Assembly (NCBI GenBank): GCA_965198175.1
Contig: OZ240245.1
Location: 3,296,001-3,360,000 of the forward strand
DNA: 64,000 bases
Direction: 5' to 3'
Source of the DNA: Candidatus Poribacteria bacterium
GTDB lineage: Bacteria; Poribacteria; WGA-4E; PCPOR2b
Position numbers and translations under genes: made by a program. Within the stretch, counting starts at the first letter, position 1; every line of letters starts with the position of its first letter. The notes below the pieces were generated by a model. The model was not told the DNA's origin and did not search any database. It saw only the letters and a program-made list of their open reading frames with translations. Of the stretch, positions 61,151 through 64,000 are shown one piece after another.

Positions 61151-61981
61151 TTGCTGAACTATACGTACGGCTACGTTCGTGCGCGGTGGGTGATTCTGGT
61201 TTCGATTGTGGGGCTGGTTGCTCCAATTTTCGTCTTCGATTTGAATCAACCGCTTGAGAACGCAGTCTGTGGTGTCGTATCATACGGTCTCATCGGCTTC
61301 CTGATTTGGCTGATTTGGGGACAGAATCTCGGAAGGAAAGGGATTTTGGGCTCATCACCAAATAGGCAAGAGGCATGGATTTATCTGAGTCTCGGGATTC
61401 CAAACGTAGGTCTCCATTTTGTGGGAGTGTGTCTCTTGTTTTTGCCGTTGTCCTACGTAGCCCCGGGAGTCGTTTCTTGGTGACTGCTCGAAGCGGAACC
61501 CCTTGATTTCATTGGGGGATTTTCTCTAGACGCGATATTGGTGAACAGTACAAAGGCATTCACCATTGCACTCTTGGTGCCGATTGTCGAGGAGATTGTC
61601 TTTCGCGGGTTCATTCTGCATCGGTGGTGCGAAAAATACGGCGAGAAACGAGGAATTGTGCAGGCGTCGATACTGTTCAGTATGCTGCACGCAGAGTTAC
61701 TTGGGAACATTGTCAGTTCGGTCATCATGAGTGTTCTCTGTCTCCGTACAAAGTCGCTAGTCGGTCCCATTCTCATTCATATCGGCAATAACTTTGTGGT
61801 GGTATTCGTGATACTTTGCGTCTGGTTCATGGGAGGAGATGTCGAGGGGTTCTCAGGTGCCTCAACAATCGAGGAGTTTCGATCGGGTTGGTGGTATGGG
61901 GCAATCGGTGCGGTCATCAGCGTTCCGTGGTTGTACTGGTTTGTAAAAACCCGATTATTGCACTCGAATGACTCGCCTTAA
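61151..61981 (+). pseudogene. CPBP/CAAX (Abi) family intramembrane protease interrupted by an in-frame TGA
   Basis: ORFs 61151-61483 and 61538-61981 are in the same frame, split only by TGA 61481-61483; EEIVFRG, FSMLH, IHIGNN motifs. Confidence 0.75.
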
Positions 61982-62094
61982 GTAAGCGCGGATGGGACTC
62001 GACCTAAATCAATGGGGCGCGCCGCTGTAAACGTAGACAACGAAGAATTTTCGTTTTATAACATCAATCAACAGAAAAGGAGGGGAAAACTGAA

Positions 62095-62319
62095 ATGCAA
62101 TCGTTCAAGACTATCGTTGAAAAGCACACAGATGGTTATGTCGCCTATCCACTCGGTCTGAAGGGCGTTGTCGCGGGGGAAGGTAATACCTACGAAAGCG
62201 CTGTAGCTGACGTGACCTCCGCGATTGAATTTCATATTGAGACGTTTGGGACAGAAGTGCTTGAGACTGAAGAACCCGTCTTAGATGTATTCATAGAAGA
62301 AGCGGGGGTTGCTGTCTGA
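62095..62319 (+). CDS. HicB-family antitoxin (short form)
   Basis: IVEKHTDGYVAYP..VAGEGNTYE.A..AIEFH pattern; AGGAGG RBS. Confidence 0.8.
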   Translation: MQSFKTIVEKHTDGYVAYPLGLKGVVAGEGNTYESAVADVTSAIEFHIETFGTEVLETEEPVLDVFIEEAGVAV

Positions 62320-62415
62320 TGCCGCGTTTCCCGGTTGCTGTGCCCAAAACGGAGGCGATTAGAACTTTGGCAAGATTGGGATTTCCACAGATGATTTTCT
62401 AGCGAGTTCTCGCCA
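62319..62415 (+). pseudogene. HicA-family toxin remnant
   Basis: TGATG-coupled start MPRFPVAVPKTEAIRTLARLGF joined out of frame to GISTDDFLA; the central region is missing. Confidence 0.6.
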
Positions 62416-62565
62416 AGCGTGTACAGGTGGAAGCACCTCCTAAAAACCGCGTTTCGTAGCTTTGGTTAACGGTAGATTTTCGTTTTTCACTTCAATTAAC
62501 ATGTTTTGTGGAGCGTTGGGTTGTAACCTCGCATTTACCACAAAAATTAATAAAAGGAGACTTTC

Positions 62566-63033
62566 ATGAATTTAGAATCGTACATAACCGATAGAGTTGA
62601 TAACCAAGTAGAATACTTTGACCAGCATGCACGTCGGAACCAGAAAATATATAGGTTTCTGCGAATGACTACAATTACGTGCAATGTTCTCACTTCATTG
62701 GCAATCGCGTTGACATTCGCTGCGCCGGCACGATACAAGGTTTATGTGGGGCTTGGGGCATTGGTTCTCACGATGATTGTCCTTGCTACATACCAGATCC
62801 AGGAGTTCTACAATTTTGGGGCGAAATGGGAGAAGTTCCGTTTGGTTGCAGAGCAGATAAAATCTGAAAAGTACCTGTTTCTAAATGACGCAGGGGCGTA
62901 TTGCGCTGGTGACACAGAATCAAAGAAACGCTCCTTCATTGAAAGAATTGAAGGTATCATTCAGGGAACAGACAAGTCATACTTTTTATTGATGACAGAG
63001 CCGGGCAAAGCAATTGAAAAGCATTTACAATAG
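62566..63033 (+). CDS. SLATT/DUF4231-type two-TM protein
   Basis: YITDRVDNQVEYFD, two hydrophobic helices, W.KFRLVAEQIKSEKYLF..AG.Y, FIERIE. Confidence 0.82.
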   Translation: MNLESYITDRVDNQVEYFDQHARRNQKIYRFLRMTTITCNVLTSLAIALTFAAPARYKVYVGLGALVLTMIVLATYQIQEFYNFGAKWEKFRLVAEQIKSEKYLFLNDAGAYCAGDTESKKRSFIERIEGIIQGTDKSYFLLMTEPGKAIEKHLQ

Positions 63034-63105
63034 CGACGGGAGATCCTCTTGTAATCGCCCGGTGTAACTGAAATTCTGTCGTTAATCCCGCTAAGGAGGG
63101 TAAAA

Positions 63106-63513
63106 ATGCCACAGTTGCATCGTTATAGAATCTTTATTAGCCACGCTTGGCAATACAATAGGGATTATTATCGGTTAACTAAACGATTGGGCGAGGCGCC
63201 GAACTTTTTGTACGCAAACTACAGCGTCCCTGAACATGATCCTGTTGATGCGAACAATAACACGAAATTGAAAGAAGAATTACGCCAACAGATACGACCC
63301 GTAGAGGTTGTTATCATTCTTGGTGGTATGTATGTAGCATATAGTGATTGGATTCAATTTGAGATTAACTATGCAAAGTCTTTGAATAAATCCATTTTAG
63401 GCGTAAGACCGTGGGCGGCGGAGAAAATGCCGAAGGCGGTTCAAGATGCAGCAAATGAAATCGTTGGATGGAATACGCCAACAATCGTAAGCGCAATTCG
63501 GAAGCTTGCATAA
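63106..63513 (+). CDS. Stand-alone TIR-like protein (MTH538/DUF1863, ThsB-like)
   Basis: RIFISHAW, NYSVP..DP, VIILGG, SDWIQFEI (catalytic-position Glu), K.ILGV. Confidence 0.85.
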   Translation: MPQLHRYRIFISHAWQYNRDYYRLTKRLGEAPNFLYANYSVPEHDPVDANNNTKLKEELRQQIRPVEVVIILGGMYVAYSDWIQFEINYAKSLNKSILGVRPWAAEKMPKAVQDAANEIVGWNTPTIVSAIRKLA

Positions 63514-63514
63514 A

Positions 63515-63964
63515 ATGGAAAAACAAAAATTTGAACAATACTTGACAGACCGTTATGAAAACCAACTTAAATGGTATGACAACCAATCTCTGCAGAACAA
63601 GCGATGGTATCAACGGCTTCAATGGCCAACCATTGTACTTTCAGCTTTGGTCCCAGCATTAGTCGTAGCACATTCAGACCGACTCAAGTGGATTACTGCT
63701 ATACTGGCAATTGGTCTGGCGATTGCCACAACGGGGTTAAAGACCTTCAAATATCAAGAGAATTGGGTTAACTACAGAACGATCGCAGAAGCATTAAAGA
63801 AGGAGAAGCATTATTATGATGCCGGAGCGCTTGAATATGCCTCTGCCGAGGATAAAGAACAGCTTTTCGTAGAAAGAGTTGAAGTATTAATAGCAACGGA
63901 AAGTACATCGTGGATGGCGATTCAGACGAAAAAAGAGACCAAAGAGAAAACCAAGGCAGGTTAA
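63515..63964 (+). CDS. SLATT/DUF4231-type two-TM protein
   Basis: YLTDRYENQLKWYD, two hydrophobic helices, ENWVNYRTIAEALKKEK, FVERVE. Confidence 0.82.
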   Translation: MEKQKFEQYLTDRYENQLKWYDNQSLQNKRWYQRLQWPTIVLSALVPALVVAHSDRLKWITAILAIGLAIATTGLKTFKYQENWVNYRTIAEALKKEKHYYDAGALEYASAEDKEQLFVERVEVLIATESTSWMAIQTKKETKEKTKAG

Positions 63965-64000
63965 TTTTGTTGCGATACTATCTCCCTGTTGCAAAAAAAT

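Noticed and set aside
61481..61483. TGA recoded as Trp or Sec (alternative genetic code)
   Set aside because: TGA is a normal stop for many genes here, including mutS, and no SECIS-like context is evident
104..63622. Numerous short antisense or overlapping ORFs in the six-frame track, such as 13070-13594, 37094-37714 and 55307-55933
   Set aside because: They are shadows of well-supported genes on the other strand or frame, with no motifs of their own

Overview
Bacterial chromosomal DNA whose gene repertoire strongly resembles Candidatus Poribacteria (inferred from many secreted LamG proteins, four PhyH-type dioxygenases and large proteins ending in an NYPNPFNPETWIPYQL FlgD-like domain). 0-13 kb: secreted LamG and TolB/PD40 paralogues that share a short C-terminal [SA]VxPx(G)KLxxTWGxxK tail, plus a sugar-conversion operon. 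13-31 kb: a PPase-like gene with a degenerate active site coupled to mtnA and a lone E2 subunit, a stand-alone cas6 with no array, an FAD oxidase/aldolase/kinase operon, dioxygenases, a large membrane protein and purB. 31-42 kb: two giant modular secreted metalloproteases and a decayed paralogue. 42-54 kb: aminotransferase, AcoX-like protein, Zn-dehydrogenase, a xanthine dehydrogenase-family three-gene set and envelope genes. 54-64 kb: mutS with an intein in its Walker A motif, then a defence-like region containing an unpaired type III Res subunit, an interrupted CAAX protease, hicB with an internally deleted hicA, and a compact SLATT-TIR-SLATT cassette, which is the best candidate for an undescribed system. 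GTAG-type REP elements occur between genes and once inside a coding sequence. No rRNA, tRNA or CRISPR array was recognised. All family assignments come from motif recognition by eye, not from database searches.
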